Shown here piece by piece: positions 47,141 through 55,734 of a stretch of 64,000 nt of DNA. Under the pieces are notes generated by a model. It saw only the letters and a program-made list of their open reading frames with translations, was not told the DNA's origin and made no database searches. The translations under genes and the position numbers were made by a program. This DNA is from Candidatus Enterousia sp. (GTDB lineage: Bacteria > Pseudomonadota > Alphaproteobacteria > Rs-D84), in the NCBI GenBank assembly GCA_045613925.1, contig JAZLBV010000007.1:11540-75539 (forward strand), read 5' to 3'. How positions within the stretch are numbered: position 1 is the first letter of the stretch; each line of letters starts with the position of its first letter.

Positions 47141-47455
47141 ACAATATAGGTTAGCAAATTTCTATTTCTTAACGCAAGTGTTTTTTTGGTTAAAAAATAA
47201 TACTTGTCGGTATGGACGGATTTTCGCGGGCTTGATGTCGAGTGAAAAACGGACTATGGTGTTTTTATTAGGATGTTTTCAGGATAAGGATTATTCTTTA
47301 AGATAATTTACTTGATTTCTTATGATACATATTATAAAATAGGCGCGCTGAGCAACCAGAACTGATTAATCAACGGTGTCTTTTGGTCCCGTCTGAGATA
47401 AGGATTCTGATGAACGTTCGGCACAAGAAAAACCAAAAACAAAAGGATTTTTATT

Positions 47456-48088
47456 ATGGCAAGAGCTGGTGCAAAACGTAGCACACGTAAACTGAAGATT
47501 GGTCGTTCTTTGGGCGTCAATTTGTGGGGGCAAGCTAAATCCCCGTTCAATAAACGTAAATATAAACCGGGTCAACATGGTCCAACTTCACGCGGTGCAT
47601 CTTCATCTGATTATGCTAAACAGATGCGCGCAAAACAAACTCTTAAAGGTTATTACGGTAATATCGGCGAAAAGAAATTCCACGCATATTATGCCGAAGC
47701 TAATAATATGAAAGGCGACACACCTGAAAATTTGATTGGGTTGTTGGAACGCCGTTTGGATGCTGTTGTTTATCGTTCTAAATTGGCGCCAACCGTGTTT
47801 TCTGCGCGTCAATTGGTAAGCCACGGTCATATATATGTCAATGGTAAACGCGTAAAAATCGCTTCGTATCGTGTAAATCCAGGCGATGTTATCACTGTCA
47901 GCGAAAAAGCAAAACAAATGCCTTTGGTTGTGTTGGCTTTGGAATCTGGCGAACGCAATTTCCCAGACTATATCACTGTGGATAGCGCGAACTTTACTGC
48001 AACATTTACCAGAGTTCCGGCATTTGCGGATGTTCCGTATCCTGTTCAAATGTCTCCTGAATTGGTTGTTGAATTCTATTCAAGATAA
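47456..48088 (+). CDS. rpsD: 30S ribosomal protein S4
   Basis: 'LEKQLRAKQ'-type N-terminus ('QMRAKQTLKGYYG'), the S4 RNA-binding domain 'LERRLDAVVYRSKLAPTVFSARQLVSHGHIYVNGKRV'. Confidence 0.95.
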   Translation: MARAGAKRSTRKLKIGRSLGVNLWGQAKSPFNKRKYKPGQHGPTSRGASSSDYAKQMRAKQTLKGYYGNIGEKKFHAYYAEANNMKGDTPENLIGLLERRLDAVVYRSKLAPTVFSARQLVSHGHIYVNGKRVKIASYRVNPGDVITVSEKAKQMPLVVLALESGERNFPDYITVDSANFTATFTRVPAFADVPYPVQMSPELVVEFYSR

Positions 48089-48114
48089 AATTCAAACGAA
48101 TTCGAAAAAATCAC

Positions 48115-48142
48115 AAAAAATCCCGCTATGTCGGGATTTTTT
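48115..48142 (+). terminator. intrinsic terminator after rpsD
   Basis: Hairpin atcccg-ctatgt-cgggat followed by T6. Confidence 0.7.
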
Positions 48143-48214
48143 GTTAGGTCGCGTTCCAAATATATTGATTTTTGCGCTTTTTTGTGGTATAATTTTCTAC
48201 CAAAGGGGGAAGGT

Positions 48215-48403
48215 ATGTTAAGAATAATCAAAAAAATATTGGCAGCTATTGTTTTAATTTACTGTATTTGGGTCATTATTGGGATTTGCACTGGGGCTTT
48301 TGGCAAACCTTTGACGGTTAGCGGTATTGCTAATCGCACTAAAGTTGTTGTTGAACACATCGTTGTAAAAACTAAAAGAACTATCAGCGGCTGGATAAAA
48401 TAA
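48215..48403 (+). CDS. small membrane protein (62 aa), hypothetical
   Basis: GGGGGAAGG lies upstream of ATG 48215. It has one TM helix ('ILAAIVLIYCIWVIIGICTGAF'). Confidence 0.4.
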   Translation: MLRIIKKILAAIVLIYCIWVIIGICTGAFGKPLTVSGIANRTKVVVEHIVVKTKRTISGWIK

Positions 48404-48414
48404 AGGATTTTGTT

Positions 48415-49149
48415 ATGAAACAAACTTTCATTTGGATTGGGTCTGTTATTGGTGCAGGCGCAGTTATGGCATTGGTGTTCGGTACAATGCAAAAACCGAC
48501 AGAAATTCGGACTATTAATGTTTCTGGCGAATGTTTGACATCTGCACCAAAGGACAGAACGGCAATAACTTTGCGCGTGACGACCGTTAACAAAAACGCT
48601 GCAACATCTATGAAAATGGCAACCGCTAAAATGGCAGAAATCACCGCTTTTTTGAAAAAGAGAGATGTAAAAATGCAGACAACAGAATTCAGTTCATATG
48701 AAAAATCTGAATGGAATAACACCCTGCACCGCTCTGAAAAATTAGGTGTTGAAACACGAATAGCGGTTGAAGTGTCTGCGCAAAATATAGGTGAAATAGA
48801 AGACATTTTGAACAACTTTGCTGGCGATAGTAATGTTTATGCAGAAAACCTGCGTATGTTCACAAGCACAGAAACACTGAAACCTATTATGGAAAAATGT
48901 CTTGGGGTGGCGCTTAGCAATGCGCGCGCACGCGCGGATGCTTTGGTTGCGCCAGACAATCAGCGTGCTGGGAAGTTATTATCTGTGTCTTATGGTAATG
49001 TATCAAATGTCGAACGACCATACGCAAATTATCGGTTGATGTCTGCTAAGTCTATGGCCGTTGAAGAATCAATTGATACAGGTGGCAGTTTTGTCAGCAA
49101 AGATACCGAGATCACGGTTTCTGTATCTGCTGTTTTCGAGATAAAATAG
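48415..49149 (+). CDS. SIMPL/DUF541 domain periplasmic protein
   Basis: It has an N-terminal TM/signal. The overall pattern ('INVSGECLTSAPKDRTAITLRV...', C-terminal 'ITVSVSAVFEIK') is typical of the SIMPL family. Confidence 0.75.
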   Translation: MKQTFIWIGSVIGAGAVMALVFGTMQKPTEIRTINVSGECLTSAPKDRTAITLRVTTVNKNAATSMKMATAKMAEITAFLKKRDVKMQTTEFSSYEKSEWNNTLHRSEKLGVETRIAVEVSAQNIGEIEDILNNFAGDSNVYAENLRMFTSTETLKPIMEKCLGVALSNARARADALVAPDNQRAGKLLSVSYGNVSNVERPYANYRLMSAKSMAVEESIDTGGSFVSKDTEITVSVSAVFEIK

Positions 49150-49153
49150 AAAA

Positions 49154-50065
49154 ATGAATGATATTGTTGCCGAATTTAATGAATATTTGTTGAATACAAA
49201 AGGATATTCAGCTCATACTTTGACAGCTTACAATACAGACATTCGCGATTTTCTTGGTTTTCTACAGAAGTTCAATTCAACCCCGGCACGAATTGCCGAT
49301 GTGGCAAATGCGGATACTTTGGTTTTTCGTTCGTGGTTAGCAGACAGAACACGCAGGAATTTAGCACATAAATCAACAGCACGCGCATTGTCATCACTAC
49401 GAAGTTTTTATAAATGGCTGACACAATATCATAATATCAAAAACGTATCCATAGGTATTGTTTCTTCGCCCAAGGTGCCACGCAAACTTTCAAAAGCTAT
49501 CGAAGCAACAGATGTCGCCGATATGCGCGCGGCAATACGTACCATTGATAACGCAGAACCATGGATTGCTGCACGCGATTGGGCTTTGGTGGTATTAATA
49601 TTTGGCTGTGGTCTGAGAATAAGTGAAGCTTTGTCGTTAACCAATGCAGATATTGCAGAACATCCAGAATCTTTACGTATTATCGGCAAAGGAAACAAAG
49701 AACGCATTGTTCCTGTGTTGCCGGCAGTTTATGAAGCAATTGATAAATATGTAAAAATGCGACCGTATGGCAATGTGGAAACAGATACTGTTTTTCGAAG
49801 TGTTCGTGGTTTACCTATGACACCTCGTATGGCGGAAAAAGTTATTGAAAGTCTGCGTAAATATTTACAATTACCAGATTATGTAACACCGCACGCATTG
49901 CGACATACTTTTGCGACAACCTTGTTGGCGGGTGGCGCAGATTTGCGCAGTTTACAAGAACTGCTGGGACATTCATCGCTTTCAACTACGCAATTGTACA
50001 CACGCGTGAATATGTCAGAAATTATGGATATCTATAAACACAGTCATCCCATGGCAAACGATTAA
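49154..50065 (+). CDS. tyrosine recombinase XerC/XerD
   Basis: 'GLRISEALSL', 'HALRHTFATTLLAGGADLRSLQELLGHSSLSTTQLYT' are present. 303 aa. No flanking island features. Confidence 0.85.
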   Translation: MNDIVAEFNEYLLNTKGYSAHTLTAYNTDIRDFLGFLQKFNSTPARIADVANADTLVFRSWLADRTRRNLAHKSTARALSSLRSFYKWLTQYHNIKNVSIGIVSSPKVPRKLSKAIEATDVADMRAAIRTIDNAEPWIAARDWALVVLIFGCGLRISEALSLTNADIAEHPESLRIIGKGNKERIVPVLPAVYEAIDKYVKMRPYGNVETDTVFRSVRGLPMTPRMAEKVIESLRKYLQLPDYVTPHALRHTFATTLLAGGADLRSLQELLGHSSLSTTQLYTRVNMSEIMDIYKHSHPMAND

Positions 50066-50093
50066 AAAATCCGCCAAATTGGCGGATTTTTTT
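50065..50093. terminator. bidirectional terminator (xer / csp)
   Basis: A-run, hairpin atccgcc-aaatt-ggcggat, then T7. Confidence 0.7.
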
Positions 50094-50104
50094 ATTTATT
50101 TTTA

Positions 50105-50449
50105 TTATTTTTTCCAAAAAGCAAAGCCAGAACGTTTTTCTTTGCGTTCTTCGCGGCTGCGCCGTTCTTCTGTTGCGCGACGACGTTCAGCCCGACGTTC
50201 CTGGAATCGTTTAGCAGATTCTTCATCACGTTGAATCAATTTAAGTGTTGTTACAGACAATTTGCCGTTGCGAACTTCTTCGTCAAATTCGACAATATCA
50301 TTTTCATTTAAAAAGCGTATATCCGCCGCCTTTAATGCACTTGAATGAACAAACACATCATCCGTATTACCATTTTCGTTTGGGGTATCCGGAGTGATAA
50401 ACCCGAAACATTTTCTGCCATTATACCATTTTACTTTACCCTGACGCAT
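50105..50449 (-). CDS. cold-shock domain protein with Arg/Glu-rich C-terminal tail
   Basis: 'GKVKWYNGRKCFGFITPD' (RNP1-like) and 'DVFVHSSAL' (RNP2-like) are present. The tail reads 'ERRAERRRATEERRSREERKEKR'. Confidence 0.85.
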   Translation of the reverse strand: MRQGKVKWYNGRKCFGFITPDTPNENGNTDDVFVHSSALKAADIRFLNENDIVEFDEEVRNGKLSVTTLKLIQRDEESAKRFQERRAERRRATEERRSREERKEKRSGFAFWKK

Positions 50450-50563
50450 AATCCTATCCTTTGCTATGCTTGTTATAGTCATTGCACATACACATCAATG
50501 ACCTGGTTCAATTTTACATCAAATCAACAATTAAACGCAAGCAAATAAAAAAGGTATAAATTA

Positions 50564-51970
50564 TCACACCGCCTTTTTGCAATAAAGTCGATATAATTCG
50601 TTCATAACAAATTGAAAGAATTTTCCAGACATCGTGTCTGTGTTAATATCATATTCTGGATATGTGTATGGCATCGCAGAAACCAAAACAAATCGTGCCA
50701 TCCATTTAAAAATCCGAATTTCTTGGTCTTTGGTTAATTTTACAGGAGCATTTTCAACATAAAAAACTTCGTTATTTACGGCATTATTTACTTTTTCTAG
50801 AATTAAATCGACAATCTGTTGTGAATAATGTATCGTAGAAAGCCGTGGGAAACCATCAAATAACATATCTTCATTGCCATCGCTGTATAAAATATTCCAA
50901 CCTATTCTGTCAAATAAATCCGCCACACAATAATATATCATATGATTGTACTTTTTTGCACCCGCAGTATGCAAGATTTCCGTTTTTTCTTCAACACTTG
51001 CATTTTCTTTGTTGTTTAATCTGCGTGTTTGTTCATATGCGGAATGTGTTTTATGCTCAAATTCAAAGAAAGTACGAACTTGGCAGATTATTTCCATAGG
51101 TACAGGTTTATCTGTGGTTCCTATATTCAAAATCAATTTAGCATCACGATATCCGCGCGGATTTGATATATCAAAAAATTTATCACGTACTTCTAATATC
51201 TTGTCCGACCACATATTGCAAACACGCTCGATGAATGCACGCGCCTGAGGCACCAAATCAAAAAGACATTTTATACGCCAAACATCTTTCAAACGTTTAT
51301 GTGGCGGACGAATTTTATCAAGTGCACGCACCAATTCTGTCGCAAGTTTTTGATGATTAGGCCCTAAAATTTCAAGCACCGCAACAGAAGCATCTGAAAT
51401 AAACGTATTGATAAATTTTTTACGAATCTTTTCAGACATATCATCTGCAAATTCTTCTGAAACATATTTAGCAATTACTTTGTGCGACGTAGCAATAACT
51501 TCATCTATGTACGTCGGATAATATTTGTTCGTTATTTTATCTATGGCACGATTAACATCTTTTTGTGCACCAACAATAACCGTTACAATTGACGACACAG
51601 CCAAATTTATGTTATGACCATTTGTTGTCTTAAAAAACTGATTTCGCATAGGATCCATATCCAACCGATGATTTACTAAATATGGTTCCAATGGATTTAT
51701 CTCTGAAATAGTGATTGGTTTATTTATAATTGAATCTGTTGCAAAATCGTATGCACGCACAGGTGCCTTAGGTGCACCGAAACATTTACCAATATGCAAG
51801 AAAACTTCGCGAAACAAACCCATGGAATTTGTGTATAAAACTTCCAGATATTCTCTGGTCGCATCATCTATGCGTCCCATAGCACACGCATCACGAATAA
51901 AAGCTAAGGCTTTTTCTTCGTTTAATCGCGTATATAAAACTACGTCCGGTGCAGATACAGGTTTTGTCAT
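50564..51970 (-). CDS. hypothetical 468-aa protein with a divergent RelA/SpoT-synthetase-like (RSH/SAS-fold) core
   Basis: Residues ~205-320 align by eye to small alarmone synthetase motifs. 'DVWRIKCLF' matches DxxGxR-strand, 'ILEVRDKFFDISNPRGYRDAKLILNI' matches 'VIEVKDYIKNPKPNGYRSLHLIV', and 'VPMEIICQVRTFFEFEHKTHSAYEQ' matches 'VPVEIQIRT...W..LEH...YK'. The domain call is tentative. Confidence 0.5.
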   Translation of the reverse strand: MTKPVSAPDVVLYTRLNEEKALAFIRDACAMGRIDDATREYLEVLYTNSMGLFREVFLHIGKCFGAPKAPVRAYDFATDSIINKPITISEINPLEPYLVNHRLDMDPMRNQFFKTTNGHNINLAVSSIVTVIVGAQKDVNRAIDKITNKYYPTYIDEVIATSHKVIAKYVSEEFADDMSEKIRKKFINTFISDASVAVLEILGPNHQKLATELVRALDKIRPPHKRLKDVWRIKCLFDLVPQARAFIERVCNMWSDKILEVRDKFFDISNPRGYRDAKLILNIGTTDKPVPMEIICQVRTFFEFEHKTHSAYEQTRRLNNKENASVEEKTEILHTAGAKKYNHMIYYCVADLFDRIGWNILYSDGNEDMLFDGFPRLSTIHYSQQIVDLILEKVNNAVNNEVFYVENAPVKLTKDQEIRIFKWMARFVLVSAMPYTYPEYDINTDTMSGKFFQFVMNELYRLYCKKAV

Positions 51971-52098
51971 AAAAATCCTTTGTTTATTTTTTATATTATA
52001 CTAAATTTTTATTTTCGCAAATATATTGCCATAGGATTGTTTTTTCTGTAAAAAACGCTTGCATTATGTAAAAAACTATGTCAAAATACACGGGCAAT

Positions 52099-52175
52099 GC
52101 GAGCGTAGCTCAGTTGGCTAGAGCGCAACCTTGCCAAGGTTGAGGTCGAGGGTTCGAGCCCCTTTGCTCGCACCA
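52099..52175 (+). tRNA. tRNA-Gly (anticodon GCC)
   Basis: Acceptor GCGAGCG/TGCTCGC, D-arm GCTC-AGTTGGCTA-GAGC, anticodon loop TTGCCAA, T-arm GAGGG-TTCGAGC-CCCTT, encoded CCA. Confidence 0.92.
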
Positions 52176-52182
52176 AAGTTTT

Positions 52183-52207
52183 AAACACCCGAAAGGGTGT
52201 TTTTTTA
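52183..52207 (+). terminator. intrinsic terminator after tRNA-Gly(GCC)
   Basis: Hairpin acaccc-gaaa-gggtgt followed by T7. Confidence 0.7.
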
Positions 52208-52251
52208 ACCTGCAAAATGGTGAGAACACGAAGAGTTTTGGGAATATTGTT

Positions 52252-52833
52252 TTATTTCATTATCCACATTTCTGCTGCATCTGTAATGTTTTCATCGGAA
52301 TCACCACGAATAGGTACATATAATAAACTTGTTTTGGTAACATTTAACTTGTTTCCATCGGCAACAACATCTGTCACATAACGACCAGATTCTGTTTCAA
52401 CCACATCATTTATCATATTTTCTGATTTGTTTTCCAATATTTCAATCCGGTTTACAGTTTCATCAAAAACCTCCTCAGAAACCCCAGACGCCACCGGTTG
52501 GGAAGAGTTACCAGGGACATATGATTTAATACTTTTTGTGACATTAAGAGTTTTTCCAACTGTCACAGATGGAGCTCTAGATCTGTCTGTTTTAGATCTA
52601 TCTGTTGTTGCAGCTGATACAGGCTTTGCCGTTGATAATTTTGTATTAACCTTACCAATTCTTGAATTATTTGCTTTTGTTTCTGATTGTTTTTTGGGTG
52701 TTGCAACAACCGGCTTTGTGCCAGCCACTGTTGTATTAACCCCTAAATTTTTTACAGATGGTATAGCATATGCATCATTGCCGAAAATACCAACAACCAA
52801 CAAAGACAGTAAAAATACTATTTTTTTAACCAC
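52252..52833 (-). CDS. secreted hypothetical protein (193 aa)
   Basis: GTG 52833 is preceded by AAAGGA (6-nt spacer). It gives a clean signal peptide, (M)VKKIVFLLSLLVVGIFGNDAYA. The track's longer ORF (to 52971) runs through a duplicated promoter segment in another frame. Confidence 0.5.
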   Translation of the reverse strand: MVKKIVFLLSLLVVGIFGNDAYAIPSVKNLGVNTTVAGTKPVVATPKKQSETKANNSRIGKVNTKLSTAKPVSAATTDRSKTDRSRAPSVTVGKTLNVTKSIKSYVPGNSSQPVASGVSEEVFDETVNRIEILENKSENMINDVVETESGRYVTDVVADGNKLNVTKTSLLYVPIRGDSDENITDAAEMWIMK

Positions 52834-52927
52834 TACTGTTCCTTTTAGAATCGTATTATCATTTATACGATATTCAACACCATCAATCTTAAGTATTAGT
52901 TGTTTGATTTTTATCTCTCCGATTGAC

Positions 52928-53004
52928 AGGTGTTGGTTCTGACATAAAAAACTCCTGCACTTTTCTACCATCGTACCATAAAAAACGCATATAATCTATA
53001 AAAA
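52928..53004 (-). repeat. duplicated promoter/RBS/5'-CDS segment (copy 2), encoding a truncated 18-codon ORF (52889-52945)
   Basis: It is near-identical to 54603-54680. The 32-bp block gtaccataaaaaacgcatataatctataaaaa and the block gttggttctgacataaa are exact. The minus strand reads ...GCAGGAG-N6-ATG TCA GAA CCA ACA CCT (MSEPTP...), then stops after 18 codons. Confidence 0.75.
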
Positions 53005-53078
53005 TTTTATCAGTGAGAACGGACTATAATCAAAGTACGTTGATTGCACCAAAATTCTAACGCCAGGATCGATATTTT

Positions 53079-54620
53079 TTATTTATCTGTAATGTCTGCA
53101 AATTTTTGGTTCAGTTGTGCTTCAAAAACTTTAAATTTTTGGTCTAGTTCCGCCTCAAACGTCTTAAATTTTGGTTTCATAGATTTATATATTCTGTTTT
53201 CTGCCACCATAAATTTTAGCTTTATATCGTCAGTATCAGAAATATTTTCTAATTTTTCATCTGGTAGTTCTGGTACATATAATTCTTGTAAAGAATGTTG
53301 TGCAGGGATCCATAAATACCCAATTTCTTTTGCTTGGGGCAATTTTATTGACTTTAAACTTCTAATGTTTTGCAAAGAATATGGTCCCATACTTACAAGT
53401 TCTGGCAAATCCAATTCAGTTAATGATTCATTACACGTTAAGAAATCTTTTCCTGTTCTTTTCAATTTCGGCGCTATTAATTTTCTAAGAGCCTTATTTC
53501 CAGAAAGCACATTATCACCCAATTCTGTGGTATTTTGTAAGTTTAACTCTACAATTTGACCATTTTCAACGGTCATAACTTGAATTCCATTGGCAAATAT
53601 AATCTTTTGATTTTTATTTGTTTGGATTTTTATTTTCTTGTGTTCAAACAAACTGTTTAACAAGCCCAGGGTTTCTTTTTCATGGCCAAACTGATTCAGA
53701 CCAGGATAACGCACAACACCTGTTCTTGCGTCCAGAACAAAGAAATCCATCATTATTTCATAATCATTATTTAATTTAGTGATATCACTGCCACTAAAAT
53801 AATAATTAGAGCCAAAATATATATTGTCGCATTCAAAATTATAACGCACAACGCGGTCATTCACCATACGGAAATTTAATGGCAAAGGCGTGTTTGTAAA
53901 AGCAAATTCAACGTTAAAATGAGCTTTTAACGAATTACTTAATCCTGGAATAATATTATCAGGATTACTGAAAAAAGTATTATCTGGATCAACAACCGTA
54001 TGATTATAACGGTTTTTAATTGATATAAAACCACCATTTTTGTCAATTTGAATTGATATGACAGATCTGCCATATTCGTCTTCTCGTTGCGGATTAGTGG
54101 ATGGTTTTATATGCCATTGGTCTTCTGGTAATTTATCATCACCGAGCACTTCTTTTTTTACCGCGTGTATAATGTAATAATCATCAAACCTTTTTAAACC
54201 AGAATCCAAATTTTGATAAACTGTGCATAATAATTCGCCGTTTTCTGAACTTCCCACATTTGTTCTTGGAAAACCACCTGTCATACCATAATCTACTGCT
54301 TTTTGAGAACGAAAATATCCACCAATGGCGTTTTGTTCTTGTTCATTATTGACATACCAAGCTTTGTATCCCGCTTGATTCAACAAATTCAAAGGATCCT
54401 GTTTCACAAAAACCCTCGAGAATTCAGATGGTTTATATATTTCCATTAAAACTTTGTGAACTTGATCTAATTCTGCTTCATTCCTACCCGAAAACTCCAA
54501 AATATCCACTATCTTTGGAACATCAAACAAGTCCCTAAATTTCTGGGCATTTTTTTCACCATTATTTTTCTTTATTTTTTTGAAAATTTCTTCCCGATTG
54601 ATAGGGGTTGGTTCTGACAT
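53079..54620 (-). CDS. hypothetical protein with C-terminal leucine-rich repeats (513 aa)
   Basis: Start MSEPTPINREE, with CAGGAGAG upstream. The C-terminal third has LRR-like units ('LTELDLPELVSMGPYSLQNIRSLKSIKLPQAKEIGY...LQELYVPEL') and ends in tandem 'KFKxFEAxLxQ' repeats. The N-terminal 330 aa are unassigned. Confidence 0.6.
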   Translation of the reverse strand: MSEPTPINREEIFKKIKKNNGEKNAQKFRDLFDVPKIVDILEFSGRNEAELDQVHKVLMEIYKPSEFSRVFVKQDPLNLLNQAGYKAWYVNNEQEQNAIGGYFRSQKAVDYGMTGGFPRTNVGSSENGELLCTVYQNLDSGLKRFDDYYIIHAVKKEVLGDDKLPEDQWHIKPSTNPQREDEYGRSVISIQIDKNGGFISIKNRYNHTVVDPDNTFFSNPDNIIPGLSNSLKAHFNVEFAFTNTPLPLNFRMVNDRVVRYNFECDNIYFGSNYYFSGSDITKLNNDYEIMMDFFVLDARTGVVRYPGLNQFGHEKETLGLLNSLFEHKKIKIQTNKNQKIIFANGIQVMTVENGQIVELNLQNTTELGDNVLSGNKALRKLIAPKLKRTGKDFLTCNESLTELDLPELVSMGPYSLQNIRSLKSIKLPQAKEIGYLWIPAQHSLQELYVPELPDEKLENISDTDDIKLKFMVAENRIYKSMKPKFKTFEAELDQKFKVFEAQLNQKFADITDK

Positions 54621-54680
54621 AAAGACTCTCCTGAAACTCTCCACAATGGTACCATAAAAAACGCATATAATCTATAAAAA
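54603..54680 (-). repeat. promoter/RBS/5'-CDS segment (copy 1) of the LRR protein gene
   Basis: See 52928-53004. It lies immediately downstream (minus strand) of the terminator at 54683-54710. Confidence 0.75.
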
Positions 54681-54682
54681 AC

Positions 54683-54710
54683 AAAAAAACCACTTCAAAG
54701 TGGTTTTTTT
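54683..54710. terminator. intrinsic terminator after the 54731-55714 gene
   Basis: A7, hairpin accactt-caa-agtggt, then T7. Confidence 0.7.
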
Positions 54711-54730
54711 GTTTAGTTTTAAACTATATT

Positions 54731-55714
54731 TTAAAACCATTTCCACGGTTGAAAAGCGCGCAACAATCCCATTGCGGTGCGTTTATCCCCAAATGTATGG
54801 CCACAGCGTGGGCATACAATAAATGGTGAAATAAATAATTTCATTTTTTTATACGCCATAAACCACGCAAACAACCCAATGGCCCACGTAGCAATTACCA
54901 ACCCCCATGCAACATAACCAAAATATTTATTTACTGTGTTGGTTAAGATATTAACAACACCTACGTTTGATTTTTCCAAATCGTTATAGATTTTAACCGC
55001 CACAGGCCAAGATGATGGACGCCACGGATACACGTGTTTAATCCCGTAATTAGTCAACAACGTGGTTCCCAATCCACCAGAATTTTTATCTATTTCTTTT
55101 TTGATTGCTTCATCAATCATTTTATCAATTTCAATTTTGGTTAATTTGACCAATTCTGTCTTAACAGTGTCAAGTTTTTTATTAACCAATTCTGCGGTGG
55201 CATCAACTTTTGCTATGTTTTTATCAGCCGTTTCGACCGCTTTGTTTGTTTCAGACACAACTTTGTCTACACCAGATGTTTTGAATCCTAGTTTGTTCGC
55301 AAAACTGGACAATTTTGAAACTTTTTCTGTTTCTTGTTTAACCTGGGCGGTTTGTACTTTTGCTTTCGCGGTAGTATCAGTTACTTTGGCAACACCATTT
55401 TCAACAATCTTCACCTTTTCAATAGCAATGCCAACTGGTTTTTCAAGATTAATTGCATCCTTGATTCCCGCCAAAAGTTTTTCATACTGTTTAACCATGT
55501 TGCGTTGTAAATCAAAAAACATCGACACAACCATAGATTTTTTTATCGGTCCAGCATAAGTATTTTTTACATACAATGGGAACCAGGCAATAAACACAAG
55601 CCATATAACAGAAACAATTGCAAAAATGCGTTTTGTTCGTGTGATAAGCGATGTTTTTTTAGCGACTGTTTTCGCGCCGCCGCGGTCAATAACTTCTATT
55701 TCCTTCTTTTTCAT
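54731..55714 (-). CDS. membrane protein with coiled-coil middle and C-terminal Cys pair (327 aa), hypothetical
   Basis: TM helices 'IFAIVSVIWLVFIAWFPLYV' and 'GYVAWGLVIATWAIGLFAWFMAY' are present. A K/T/V/E-rich repeat region lies between them. The terminal motif is 'CPRCGHTF'. Confidence 0.55.
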   Translation of the reverse strand: MKKKEIEVIDRGGAKTVAKKTSLITRTKRIFAIVSVIWLVFIAWFPLYVKNTYAGPIKKSMVVSMFFDLQRNMVKQYEKLLAGIKDAINLEKPVGIAIEKVKIVENGVAKVTDTTAKAKVQTAQVKQETEKVSKLSSFANKLGFKTSGVDKVVSETNKAVETADKNIAKVDATAELVNKKLDTVKTELVKLTKIEIDKMIDEAIKKEIDKNSGGLGTTLLTNYGIKHVYPWRPSSWPVAVKIYNDLEKSNVGVVNILTNTVNKYFGYVAWGLVIATWAIGLFAWFMAYKKMKLFISPFIVCPRCGHTFGDKRTAMGLLRAFQPWKWF

Positions 55715-55734
55715 TTGTGTGCCCCCCTATTTCT

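Noticed and set aside
49154-50065. Tyrosine recombinase as the integrase of a mobile element.
   Set aside because: Its size and motifs match chromosomal XerC/XerD. No flanking direct repeats, tRNA target or cargo genes are present. It is bracketed by housekeeping-type genes and terminators.
52834-52971. 5' extension of the 239-aa track ORF (MVEKCRSFLCQNQ...).
   Set aside because: It reads through the duplicated promoter/RBS/MSEPTP segment in a different frame. An internal GTG with AAAGGA upstream yields a canonical signal peptide.
53100-53175. Tandem ~33-bp DNA repeats, considered as a possible CRISPR-like or regulatory repeat.
   Set aside because: They lie inside the 3' end of the LRR-protein CDS and encode in-frame 11-aa repeats (KFKxFEAxLxQ). 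There are only about 2.5 units and no spacers.
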